A stretch of DNA of 64,000 bases. It comes from Klebsormidium nitens. Its lineage: Eukaryota; Plantae; Klebsormidiophyceae. The position numbers and the translations under genes were made by a program. Below the pieces are notes generated by a model. The model saw only the letters and a program-made list of their open reading frames with translations, was not told the DNA's origin and searched no databases. Numbering within the stretch: position 1 is the first letter of the stretch; each line of letters opens with the position of its first letter. The stretch is from positions 1 to 64,000 of the forward strand of contig DF237018.1 in the NCBI GenBank assembly GCA_000708835.1, given 5' to 3'. Positions 23,519-35,300 of the stretch are shown one piece after another.

Positions 23519-26500
23519 ATGGCAGAGCCCTCAAGGAAGCGTCCGTCTCGCTTCGATGCTGATGGTGAGAGGAGTACCACCCGGGCCCGACCAAACGGTA
23601 TCGAGCTAAGCAACGGGGCTCATGGAGAGGATGACGTGGACATGGCACTGCTGGAAGCGGCTGAGAAAGAAGCGGGGCAAGGGGTAGGAAATCGGCCACT
23701 GTCAGGATCCTGTATGAATTTTTCGATGAGCACCAAGCGATATGGTTTCATGAATGTTGGCTACCACCACCAGATTGGGCAGCCTCACGTTGTGCTGGCA
23801 CATATTTTGGAGTATCATTGGCAGAATGTACTGAACATCATGGTTTAATCTATGTATACGCTTGTCCTTACAAGCAATTTAGCCAACAGGAATGGCTTTA
23901 TTTGCTATCGGCTGGTGCTTCGCTCGTTACAAACCTTAATTTCTTTGGCTGGAGTTCGACAACTGAAGTCACAAGCAAAGCTGGTGATTCAGCTATGGTG
24001 GCTAGAGTATCCAGTCCTGATGGTTGGTGGCGTCTTGCAGGTTGAAACTCTGGATGCTCGGACTTTGAAACGGATGGTGCTGAGTTTTGAGAAGCGGGTG
24101 GGTCCTAGTCACACTTTTTCAACCCATTGACTGCACAATGCTTTTGGCCTTGATGACCTTTTCGCTAGTTTAGTGACTCTGACACCATTGTGACCTGCCT
24201 GCACTGTTGTTGAGGATTTGTCGAACCTGGAGGCTTTTGTATTGGTCCATTGCGAAGTGCATCACAAATGAGTGCCTGATTTGCAGCAACTTCCAGCCAC
24301 CGAAAGAGTGCCTATCCAACGCTCAGGATTGCATATAAGATGTCGGGAACACAAGCAGGCCCAATCTTCATCGCCCAGCTTTTCTCGGTTGCCTGCGCTT
24401 ATTGGAGCCCCATGTTGGTGCAGGTCACTGAGAATCTGGAAGCTCGAATGAAGTATGCAGATGCTCCGGAAAAGTGAGCTCTTCTCTACGACGCATCGTA
24501 TGCCTCCCTTAAGCTGTGCTGAATGCTCTGGTGCTCTTTGTCTGCCCCCGAGAAGGTGCGGACTCACGGAGGATGTCCATGGTGCGAACATATTCTGGAG
24601 CTGACCCTGTCTCATGCAGGTTTGTGGGTTCCGAGGTCGACTTGGACGAGGAAGTGAAGAAGCTGCATGCCCTCTCCGCTGCCCCAGTGAGTGCCTCGCT
24701 TCGATTAAGAAGATTGTATGCGTTTGCCGGGGGGTAGAAGCTGAAGCTGAACATCCAAGTAGGCTGGATGTTTTTGACCGACTCCTCTCTATCAGAGATC
24801 AGCAAGCCGGTGGTTGGTGATAGGCTATGGGCGCTTTGCCTTGCAGGAAGAGGTCGTCAATAAATTGCAAGTCAGACCTTTACAGGGGGCATTGTGTCCA
24901 ACATAGGTTCTGCTATAAGCTGACTAAGAGAAACTGAACAATACCTACTGCTTCTTCCTGCCATTCCCCATCACAACGTGCATATGGCATGCTTCCGGGT
25001 TCAATCGGTCCGCTCATTTGAGGCATCCCTCTTGCGTCCTTCATCGCTGCTCTCACCTGTGTCCCTGCTGTCAATGCACGCGGCTTGGAGCATGCAATAT
25101 AGGACGCATGTCCTTTTGTGCTTTATGCCCATCCTTTCTAATCGATATTATTGGCCGCATACACAAGTCGCTTTCACCTGCTGATTCCCCTAATCCCTGG
25201 AGGCTTACGCGCTTCTCTAAGTGCTCATCACGGGCCGTGCGTGCAGGAGCTGTACCCGGAGCTGGTGCGCCTGAACGTGGTGCCATCGCTCGTAGGCCTG
25301 CTGAGCCACGAGAACGTGGACATCTCCACCGACGTCATCGACGTCATCAAGGACCTGACCGACAGCGACGCGCTGGAGGAGAGCAGCGAGGAGGCGCAGG
25401 TGCTCGTGGACGCCCTGCTGGACAACAACGTGCTTGAGCTGCTCACACAGGTGACCCACACGGACAACATGCGCTCGATCAAGGCTTGCCAACTGTTAAT
25501 CGGACAAACACAGCTTGAGGCAGGACCGGAGGGCCGGACGTCTTTTCGCTGAATTCACTTGGACCGACTCGCACACCTTTCGAGCATGTATTTGCAAGTA
25601 TGCAAATGCTGTTGGGGCAAGAGACGTGCCAATGACTAGGTGCACGAAGTTCGTACTGGATCACTTCGACCAATTGAAAGTTGAATGTGCCTTCGTTTTA
25701 AGGGCGACTTAGACCGAGGTCCTGAATCCGAACTTCGTTACTTACGAGGCTGGCATGGACTCCCTCTTACGGGATGATCTCCGGCACTCAATGTTCAGTA
25801 CATCCCTATAGGAACCGGCAACCGCATCTGTTTGCACACTGTGCAGAACCTATCCCGGCTGGACGAGAGCAGCCCCGACGAGGCGTCCGCAGTGTACAGC
25901 ACCCTGGGGATCGTAGAGGTGCGAGCTACCCCACATGCCCAAGGAGTGCAACCAGCAGGCGCCTCAAGGTGCCATCATGTTTCCGTTGTTGCATTGTTTG
26001 AAGCCTGCTTTCCACCCTTTGTAAGCAGGCCTGTTTTGTGTACGACTCTCGCTGAGTGATTGGTCCCTGCTGTGCGTGCAGAATCTGGTGGAGGTGAGCC
26101 CCCCTGTTGCGGAGATGGTGTGCGAGCGCACCAAGCTGCTGGCCTGGCTGCTCAACCGCCTCAAGGTCAGCCGCCCACCCCGCCCTCTTACGTCACCTAC
26201 TCTCGCTTGCATGATTAGCTTTGGGTTTTATATCGCAAGTAGGTGTGCATGCGGTATGCTGCAAAATTCAAATGACGCTCTGTCCCGCTTCAACTTGCAT
26301 CCCGCGTGCTGCTGCTTGACAGACTCGTGGTGCTGTGCAGGGGCGAGAGGCGGACGGCAACAAGCTGTACAGCAGTGAGATCCTGGCCATCCTGATGCAG
26401 GTCCGTTCGCTCCCCCTCACTTTGCGGCTTCCTCGACGGACCTCCGTTACTATTTGAAGTATCAATGATCGTATAGCGGTCGTCACTGCCCTTCTTGCCG

Positions 26501-29283
26501 CTATCCTGCTAACGCAATGAGCATGTTGATGCCAGAGTGACATTTGGGTCTGTTGCTGCGTTCAGGAGAGCAGTGTGAACCAGAAGAAGCTGGGCCAGAT
26601 GAACGGCATCGACGTGCTGCTCAAGGTGCGCTTCCCTCGCACTGCTGGCCTGGCCCTTCACGTGATTGTCAACGACTGCCGCAGTCTGAGGTCGAAGCCC
26701 AGAGCTTATCTGTGGCATTTCTGGCATGATCGTCTCTGTCTCCGTTCTTCTGACCGATACTACTCCATGGGTTTGTAGGCGGTGGCTGCATTCAAGTCGC
26801 GGGATCCGCGGACGACAGACGAAGAGGAGATGCTGGAGAACCTGTACGACGTGCTGTGCAGGTCAGTCCTGCACGCAGCCGGAGTAGGTGGCGCGAGGCA
26901 AATCCGGTTGTCGAGGGACTGCTTGTTGACAACTTAGACACGAACATGTTCCTTGCAGAACCTCGAGATAAAGTGTGCGTGTTCGCAATCAGTGATTTCC
27001 TGAATGTCGTGCCTGCTCGAGTCTATCTTCCAGCGCAGACACCTGACGATTCTTGACTTGTTTGTCCTCGGCCCACCTGCTTCCACTCGGCCGGTGCTGC
27101 GCCTGCGTGTCAGGCTGAACCATCTCGCTTGGCCTGCACAGCGTGCTGCTTCCCGACGAGAACAAGGAGCGCTTTGTGGCGTCGGAGGGCGTGGAGCTGA
27201 TGATCATCGTGATCCGGCAGAAGCGGCAGGCGTACGCGTCCGCGTTCAAGACGCTCGACTTTGCGCTCACGCGCTGCCCCACCGCCTGCGACCGCTTCGT
27301 CAACGTGCAGGGCCTCAAGACGCTCTTCGCAGCATTCATGGCCAAGGTAGGGGCCCGCAAAACGCAAGGTGCGCACTGGAAATTGTGAAGAGCTATGCCC
27401 GCGGTCTTCAGAGCAATGCCTGGCTGCGTCTAACTCTCTCTGCGAGACGACTCCGGTTACAGTTGCTCCCAGCTTTTGTGCCGTTGGGCAAGCAGAAGAT
27501 CGGGGCTGACGAGTCCGGGTGTGCAGTGCAGCTCGTTTGAGAATTAGTTGTGAATTTTGGAAGAAAGCCCACTGGAAGGGCACGCTGGCTGATTGCTGTT
27601 CCCGTTCCGATTTCAGGGCCTTCCTAAGAGCAAGAAGAAGGACCAGTCCCCCGACGAGATTGACGAGCGGGCGGTGTCCCTCATTGCGTCTCTTCTTGGT
27701 GAGCCGCTCTCGAAGTCGGTCTGCAAACGCACGGCGTGACGTCATACGCCTTCGTCTCTCGCCGACGATTGGCAGAATAACTCTTGCTTGCTGCAAAGGG
27801 CACCCTTGCTTGTTGAAGGAACCTGCTGACGTCATGCTGATGCTGGCAGGGAATGTGACGCGGGGCAGCCTGCGGGACCGCATCCTGAGCAAGTTTGTGG
27901 AGAGGGAGTACGAGAAGGTGGACCGCCTCATGGAGTTGTTCATCAAGTAAGGCCTGCCGCACACCGTACATCCCTTGGCAGGAGTGGGAGGCAGCCGGCG
28001 AGGGAGTCCGTACGGGAGTTTGGGGCTCGACATTTCTGTGTTGACGTAACGGCGGAGGTCATGAGACTGCCGCTGAGGAGGACGTACTTTCGCGTCGGTC
28101 GTTGGCCGGCGAAACCCTGCGTTGCTTCCCCACTTCGTCTCGTCAAGTCGTTTGCCAGGGACTTCCCCCCTGTCTCGTGTTCCCGTGATGACCCTGGGTG
28201 GTGGTTTGCAGGTACCAGGGCCGGGTAGAAGAAGAGGAGGGGCGGCAACAGAACTTGCCCGCCGACCTTCAAGAAGATGTGAGCCGGCAACTCCAAGACC
28301 CTCTCCCCCGTGTCTCGCGTCTCCCTTGAACGGCTCTTCTTTGTCTTGCGGTCGTTGTGCTTGCTCTTTATCGAAATGTCGCGGTCTCCCTTGACCTATC
28401 CAAGCACTTGGAGACTACTTGAAAAGCGTGCCCGAAGGAAAGCGGAGGAGTTGTGTGGGGATAAGTGTGCTTTGCTGGACACACTCTCACTGTTTGATGT
28501 GTTGACCAGCCCTGATCGGTGTGTGTGCTCTTGGTGCAGCTGTCGGACGAGGAGAGGTACCTGGCCAAGTTGGGGGCAGGCTTGTACACGCTCCAGGTGA
28601 GCCGCCCCTCCGCAACCGGGCAGGCGTTCGACGAGATTCACGCCTTTTGTGCAATATGCTGTAGGGGTATTTTTACCAGTTTACACCGTCAAGAGTTCCA
28701 TTCCGAACGTTCGGTTTGCTGACATTTAAGTCATCTGCTTTCCAAATGCTTGAGCACAGGCGTCTCAAAAGAGTCTTCCCAATGTTGCACTTTGCAACGT
28801 TGTGCTGAGCTGAGCAACTTTTGCACCCTGTTTGCAGTTACTGGCACTAATAGCCGGCAGCATCTGGGCCACAGAGTAAGGGGCGACCGCCACACTCGAG
28901 TCGAGGACGAGATGTCAAACCGTTTCCTCATGCTTGCTAGTATGTTATCGGGACTGCAAACTTGCAAGTATGCTTGGTTGCTGTGCAACATGCGCACGTG
29001 CTTCTCTCTGCGAGATGCCCTGAGGTGTGCCTTCTTCTGAGTAGGAAGCACTGTCTGGTGCAGCCATCGGGGGATGCGGGAGCGGCTGCTGCTGTTGTTG
29101 CACCAGCAGGGGCTGACGCTGGAGGTAATTCGACGAGTGCTGCAAGAGTATCACGACAACATCGGAGACGTGGAGGGACAGCACGAAAGGGACAAGCGAC
29201 GGAGCAGGGTGCAGAGATTCATGAAAGCAATGACGCCAAAGGAGTTAGAACAAGACCCGTTTGGGATCAGCGAATTGACTTGA
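23519..29283 (+). CDS. CTNNBL1: Beta-catenin-like protein 1 (Prp19/NTC spliceosome component), many exons
   Basis: LSFEKR, RMKYADAPEK|FVGSEVDLDEE, ELYPELV, LLSHENVDI, NKLYSSEILAILMQ, DEEEMLENLYDVLC, FVASEGVELM, KFVEREYEKVDRLMEL, YLAKLGAGLYTLQ; canonical splice sites at the junctions checked. Confidence 0.95.
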
Positions 29284-30357
29284 TGAGGAGGAGTGATGCA
29301 ATTGTCCGAGTTCGCCTCAATGCTCGGCCACTCGTAAATCTTGCCACCAGCTCAATGTATGTTGTTGTACGATCGATCCGGATGATGGTAAGTGTAAGTT
29401 GCCAGGTCCGCAAGCAAAACGGTACTGCCTGTAGGAGCGATGCTATGATGACGCATTGGATATCTGCTTTCAAGTTTGCTGAGTACAGATTGATCATCGG
29501 CCAGATCATGCATGCTGACGGTAAGTTCTCAGTAGTCCGAATGCTAATCGGGTCCATGTGGAAAAGGCACGTGCTCATGCAAACGATCATATTGTATGCA
29601 TCCATACTTGTACACTAACTCCGGGTAATATATATGTATACGAGTGACCGCGGCGGCCGTCGGATCTCAATCGTTTGTATCGGTGATGCGCCAGCATATG
29701 CAATGTGTGCACGTACTATTACTAGACGTGCAGACTCGCGCGAATTGTCATCGCGGCTTAATTCTGCATTTCAACAATCGCATATACCGGCCTAGTTATA
29801 TACTAACCCTCGTATGCGTCGAACCATGCAGGACTCCGGCCGCCATACATGTTGCATGTGGCCGCAATCAGGCCCATATGATATACGAAAATGCACTTCA
29901 TTGAGAAAGCATATCGCTAGACCGGGCTTACCCAAGGCACGTTGCTCCAATCATGCCAGACCTAGTTCCAGATTCTGATTGAGTCCTACAGAAACGCCCC
30001 TCTATCGTTTGAAAAGAGAACATCTTTCGAAAGTACCACTACCTCAACTCAACTTATTCATTCACCTTTGGGTCCTGAAGGCATTCGATCAAACATTGAA
30101 TTCCTGATTCTCAGTTGCTGATTAGAAGACAGGACTCGTGCCTAATCTAGAACCTCTACATGAATTCAATTCCTTACGAATCAACTGGTAGGGGGAGGCC
30201 TTTTGAAAGGTATGTGGTTGCAGATGAACAAACTGTGTTCTGGATATACAAGCCTACAGCACGTACAAATGAATACCTCCATATCTTCAGTCTAGCTATG
30301 ACAATAGACGCTTGCTTGGACCAGCTTTTGCCAAATACTATCATATCATGCCGCTGG

Positions 30358-31041
30358 TTAGTCGTCCTTCAATGGTCTTCGTTCGGAAACTACCTTCTTA
30401 CCGCGCACAATCTCGATGTCGGGTAGGACGCCTGGTTTGGCAACCTCGCGTTTTGCATTCTTATAAAAGGACTCCTTTTTTGGCTTCTGGTTGAGAAGCA
30501 GACCCACAACTCCATAACCACGGCCCCCACCTGAAGAGTTTTCATCATCATCATCATCATCACTATCGAGGTCACTCATGGAGCTTTCAACTTCCGATTG
30601 GTTCCTAATCTGCCCCAATCCCGAAGCAACATTTGTGTTCTGTTGATAATCAGTTGCCTTGCTTCTTGCAGCTTCCAGGCGCTTTGTCATATTCGCTTGC
30701 TTCTGCTCTGCAGTAGATGTCAATCTGGGCTGCTCAGCATCTGACGAGACTGGTGCCGCCCCTCCATCTGTGGAGCTATTACATGCCCGGATCCTCGCAC
30801 ATCGCAAAAAGGACGCTGTGTGGTGGCCAGGTGCTTTACACCCTCTTGCCGACAGCTTTTGCCGCACTAAAAGTCTGCCAGCGCAGTGTGGAAGAGCAGG
30901 CGGATCTTGCAGTGGTCTAATTGAGAAGCAGGACACATCATACTTTACACCACCATGTGGGGACCATTGGGAGCCAGCTCTCTGCGAGCCACAAAGAGGT
31001 GTGTTGATATTCAACCCAGACTTGCAGCTCGAACCAGCCAT
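30358..31041 (-). CDS. Intronless hypothetical protein (227 aa), probably plastid-targeted, with acidic tract
   Basis: True ATG at 31041; Ser/Arg/Cys-rich transit-like N-terminus, then charged helix, poly-Asp tract and basic C-terminus (ESFYKNAKREVAKPGVLPDIEIVRG). Its position fits the head-to-head pairing. Family not recognised. Confidence 0.6.
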   Translation of the reverse strand: MAGSSCKSGLNINTPLCGSQRAGSQWSPHGGVKYDVSCFSIRPLQDPPALPHCAGRLLVRQKLSARGCKAPGHHTASFLRCARIRACNSSTDGGAAPVSSDAEQPRLTSTAEQKQANMTKRLEAARSKATDYQQNTNVASGLGQIRNQSEVESSMSDLDSDDDDDDENSSGGGRGYGVVGLLLNQKPKKESFYKNAKREVAKPGVLPDIEIVRGKKVVSERRPLKDD

Positions 31042-32319
31042 TGGCGCGTTCAGTTGGCAGCTTCAGCAAAGTCCGCTTTGATTACTGGCACGGTTCTCTG
31101 CATAACCACCTCTTTCAAAGGACCACAGGAATGCAGCTTGACAAATGCTTGGCTTCGCTGCCGCTCCAAGAGTTGAAAGATGGCTCCAGAGTCCACCTGG
31201 GTTGATGATGATCTGATGCAGAGGAGAATTCGAGAGAGCAAAGCAATTATCCTCATTCCGAAATTTAGAACCCTAGAATAGGTTTAGACCATGCCATTGA
31301 CACAGCTCATCCACGGTGCCAAGGCCCTCACAATCTGCCATTCGAAATCGTGGCCGTGAAGATATAATCGCGGCTGACGTCACGACGCCCACATTGAATT
31401 CCCACTGGCAATAACACAAATTCAATTCCAGTGCCACCATTGGCTAGCGCTGCGGCGAGAAAACAGATCCATATTCCACCAATTCGTTCATTCGTTGTTG
31501 CCTTTCATTCTGAACAGAGCAGATCATCGCAATCCTGTGGGGAGAGGGACGCAGAGCTCTGAGTCTCACTTTCAAAGTGCACCTTTGAGCTGTCCAGGCA
31601 ACCTCTTCTTCGTTCACAGGTACGTCTTTTTATGCATGATTGATGCTTGCATTTTTTTAAGACATTTGATTGGCTTTTGAGTATTCACCATAATGCACTG
31701 ATGATGAGCTTGCCCAATGAACCAGCTTTTCTATCTGTGAGCACCTCCATTGCGATCCAACTGGTTACTGGTCCTGCCAGCATCAGAAAAGTTCCTGATG
31801 ACACAAATGCTGTAAAAGCGTACAATTGCCGCATCGTTTCGTTTTGGAAGGCACTGCTACCAGGAGCTTGAAAATGCTGGCTCACGCTTCTTGCTTGATA
31901 AGTGGGAGGCCACATTAACAAATGGTTCAGAAGAATACCTCTGGTTGGAAGTCTCATTGTGAAGCTGTGTCTGCTTGCGCTCCCAGCAGCGTCCAGCAGA
32001 AAACTCAGGAAGCAGCTAAGAAAGGCTTGTGATGTTCGTCGACTTTTTTTTTGGCAGAATCAATACAGTGGCGAGATGCTGAGTTATCACTAGCAGTTGC
32101 CAACATGCCTGCAGAAACTTTGAGCAGGAACCGACTTGAGATGCCCCACCTTTCCTCAGAGGAGTGGTGTGCTTTTATGCTTCAGACAACCACACACAAA
32201 CAACGAGCTGACAAGCCACCATACGCGCGCACTTACCACCAATTGTGATCAGCAATTCGTTCTGTGCATCAATCATGCACCCTCCAAGCAAGCCCCTCCA
32301 TTATGCAGGTCTGGGGACA

Positions 32320-35300
32320 ATGTCTTCCGCCATGGTCAGCCCCCTCTGCTGTTCCCCTGCCTTTTGCCATGGCATCTCCGGCACCAGCTTCAGGCAGAGC
32401 TCAGCTCTCTCTTTCACTCTGCCAGCTGGCCCCCTTTTCCCCCGTCAAAGGCACTCCAGCAGCCTAGTCAGGGCCGCAGTGTCGTCCATTGTAGCCCCTA
32501 GCTTGGCTGAGGTGAAGGGCAAGAAAGACGAGGCAAAGGGCAAGAAGAAGAAGAAGAAGGGCAGCGAGCAGGACGAGGAGGTGCCGTCCAAGGCCGCTGT
32601 AGTGGATAAAGCGTCAGCAGGGCTGGGGGCGGGGCCCAAGGGGGGTGACATTGAAGCGGCGGTGCAGGAGGCAGTGGCGGTGGTGGAGGAGGTGGTCACC
32701 AACACGGGGTTCGAGGAGCGCAGCCTGGAGGCCGTGCGGGCGGCGCTGGCAGAGAGGCCGCGCCATAGGGAGGGGTCTATGCAGCTCGTCAAGGGGGTGA
32801 GCAACTGGGGGAAGATGCCAGGGAGTCTGGGGAAGATCAAACAGGTTGCAGGGCAAATGGTGTGGACTGGAGTGCATGGCGGGTAAAAGATACGAAAGAC
32901 AATCATCTCCCCCACCCACGTCACGCTTTGATTGAAACTTGTCGGTTTGGTGAAGTCCTGCAGCAGAGATTGAAGGCAACGATGGTCAGTTCAAAGATCT
33001 TCTGGCCACGTTACATGGTCAGCTCAAACATCGTTCCACCATCACAGGCACGGTTCCTCTAACAGCAAAAGTATGCAATTTGTGACGGACCATCAACAGC
33101 TGTGGCTTTTGGCCACGCAATACTACACTGTAGAAGTGCGGCAATAGCCTTTGAGTGCAAGGTCTTGAAATAACGAGAGGAAGTAACATCGTTATGGAGG
33201 GCAGGTGACACGTGAGTGTGACGGCTGGCCTGCAGGTGACGGCTGCGGGCAACAACCGCGAGGAGAAGGTGGTGAATGCGATTGCGGGGTGGAACGAATC
33301 CATCACCAAGGCCTGGCGGGACACCAAGTGCGCCGCCATGGCAGCCTCGCCCTTTGGCCTCTACCGAGGTGGGCGCGCTGCACGCACGCAGGCTGTTGTG
33401 TTCTGTCCGCTTGATTGTGGCACCCTTTCCTTGAAGAGCGTTCTATGGCGTAAATTGTCCTATTTGGTATTAATGCTTGAAACAGCGTACAGGCTCTGTT
33501 CTGTGGGATGGATCATCCTACTACCGCTCAGATGGTACCTTGAGCTGAAGATTGATTGCCTCCTTCCGTTCTCAGGTACTTCGCACCTGTTCTGGGCAGA
33601 CTTCAGGTACACAAAAGTCTTCAATTACTTTCAGATTTATGTCTGGGTATTTTCTCCTGGCCTACTGCAGAGTACCTTGTATCGCTGCTCACTGTGACCA
33701 TATTTTTTCCCGAGGTTGATCAGTTGCTTCATCGACCCCCTTCTTGTGTTCGTCTCGAGCATGCACAAAGAACCGGGCGTCTGAGACGTAATTAAGCTTG
33801 GTGCGTGATTTCACATCTGTGCAGTGGTGACTGGCGGATGGCCCGCTTTGGCAGCCCCAAGACCCGCACCTGGCTGCTTGGCGACATGCACATCTATAAG
33901 TGAGCACCGCCAGCTGAAGTAGTTTTCAAATGCGTCTCGAACCTCAAAACCCCGTTTGAAGAGGGCCCTTTTTCACGACCAAAAATCTGACCGTTTACTT
34001 TCATAGCGGACCTCGTATTGCAATCCTCTGGAGTGTGCTTGTGGGTGCTCGACATTGCTTCTGCCCACAGCTGAAGCCAACTTTTTGAGGACGGCTCCTC
34101 TTAAAGAAGTAGCGCTCTTTGCTTTCAAAATCTCTTTATGCTCAGATTGCTTTTCCGCTTTGTGTGCCAGCATGGGCGCGTTCCTTAACTCCCAGGAGCA
34201 GGTCTGCTACGGCCTCAACGACTTTGACGAGTCCGTCATTGGCGACTACCAGTGAGTGCAACACGACCAGCCCCGACTGTTCCCTATAGTATCGATTGGC
34301 GTTCTGGAAGGATGCAGCAATGATGAATATAATCTGCAGATGGCTTGTTTGTCGCAGCAAGCTAACGACGACGTGCCCTTCAAGATTTGTCTGTCACGGC
34401 TGCCACTCCCGGCCCTCGTTGCAGCCGGTTTTGCTCCCTTTCATCTCTTTCGCCTCGATGTTGTCTTCACACATTGAAGGATTCACACACGAAGAATCCA
34501 GGATGAAAGGGATTGGATTGTGATCAACGTGTCCCACTATGTTCCACTCCCTATCGAGAGCAATTTCATCCCGCTCTCAAAAGAAACAAAAATAGTTACA
34601 GGAGGGAATAGGAGTCATTTTGTTTCTTGGCTGTCAGACGTTAGTCCGAAGAACGAATTGTTGCAAATTTTAGTAAAATACATATTGTGCCAAATGCTTG
34701 GCAATCCGTTGTTGAGACATGGACGTAAGCTGCCAATCCTGGCTGCACTACTGAAGTTCGACACCGGTCATGCTCATCGACTCCGTCCTCACGTGTGACC
34801 CCCTGCTGTTCTCAGGTACGACGTGTGGCGGCTGGCCATCAGCCTGGTGCTGACTGCCCGCCAGAACAACATCCGCAAGGTGGACACGGATGCGCAGCAG
34901 GACATCGTGCTCGCGTTTGCGGATGCCTACCTGAGCACGGTGGTCGGGTACGAGCGTAAAGAGGGCGGGCGCACCTTCACCAAGGCCAACACCCGCGGCC
35001 CGCTCAAGGCCTTCCTCAAGCAGCTCACCAAGAGCGAGGACACCACGCGCGAAGCCATGCTCGAGAAGCTGTGAGGGTACTGACCCTTTTGAATTGCTCG
35101 TTGAATCCAAAGACGCTGAAGAAGCGACCAACTGCTCAGGCCTTCGGCTGCTTGCTCAGATCCGCTCGATGTCTTCGATGATCGTCCTGCTGTCGCTTTT
35201 GAGAAGTCGACCGCTTTCAGTGCGTCAAAACTTCGCTTTGAGAAGTCGACCGCTTCCAGTGCGTCAAAACTTCGTGATTCGTCCGCCGTTCCTCGCGTCC

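Noticed and set aside
29267-29635. 112-codon minus-strand ORF with upstream TATATA
   Set aside because: The TATA is only about 25 nt from the ATG, the ORF overlaps the CTNNBL1 stop and 3'UTR antisense, and its length is compatible with chance.
30542-30562. (TCA)7 microsatellite
   Set aside because: It simply encodes the poly-Asp tract of the minus-strand orphan.
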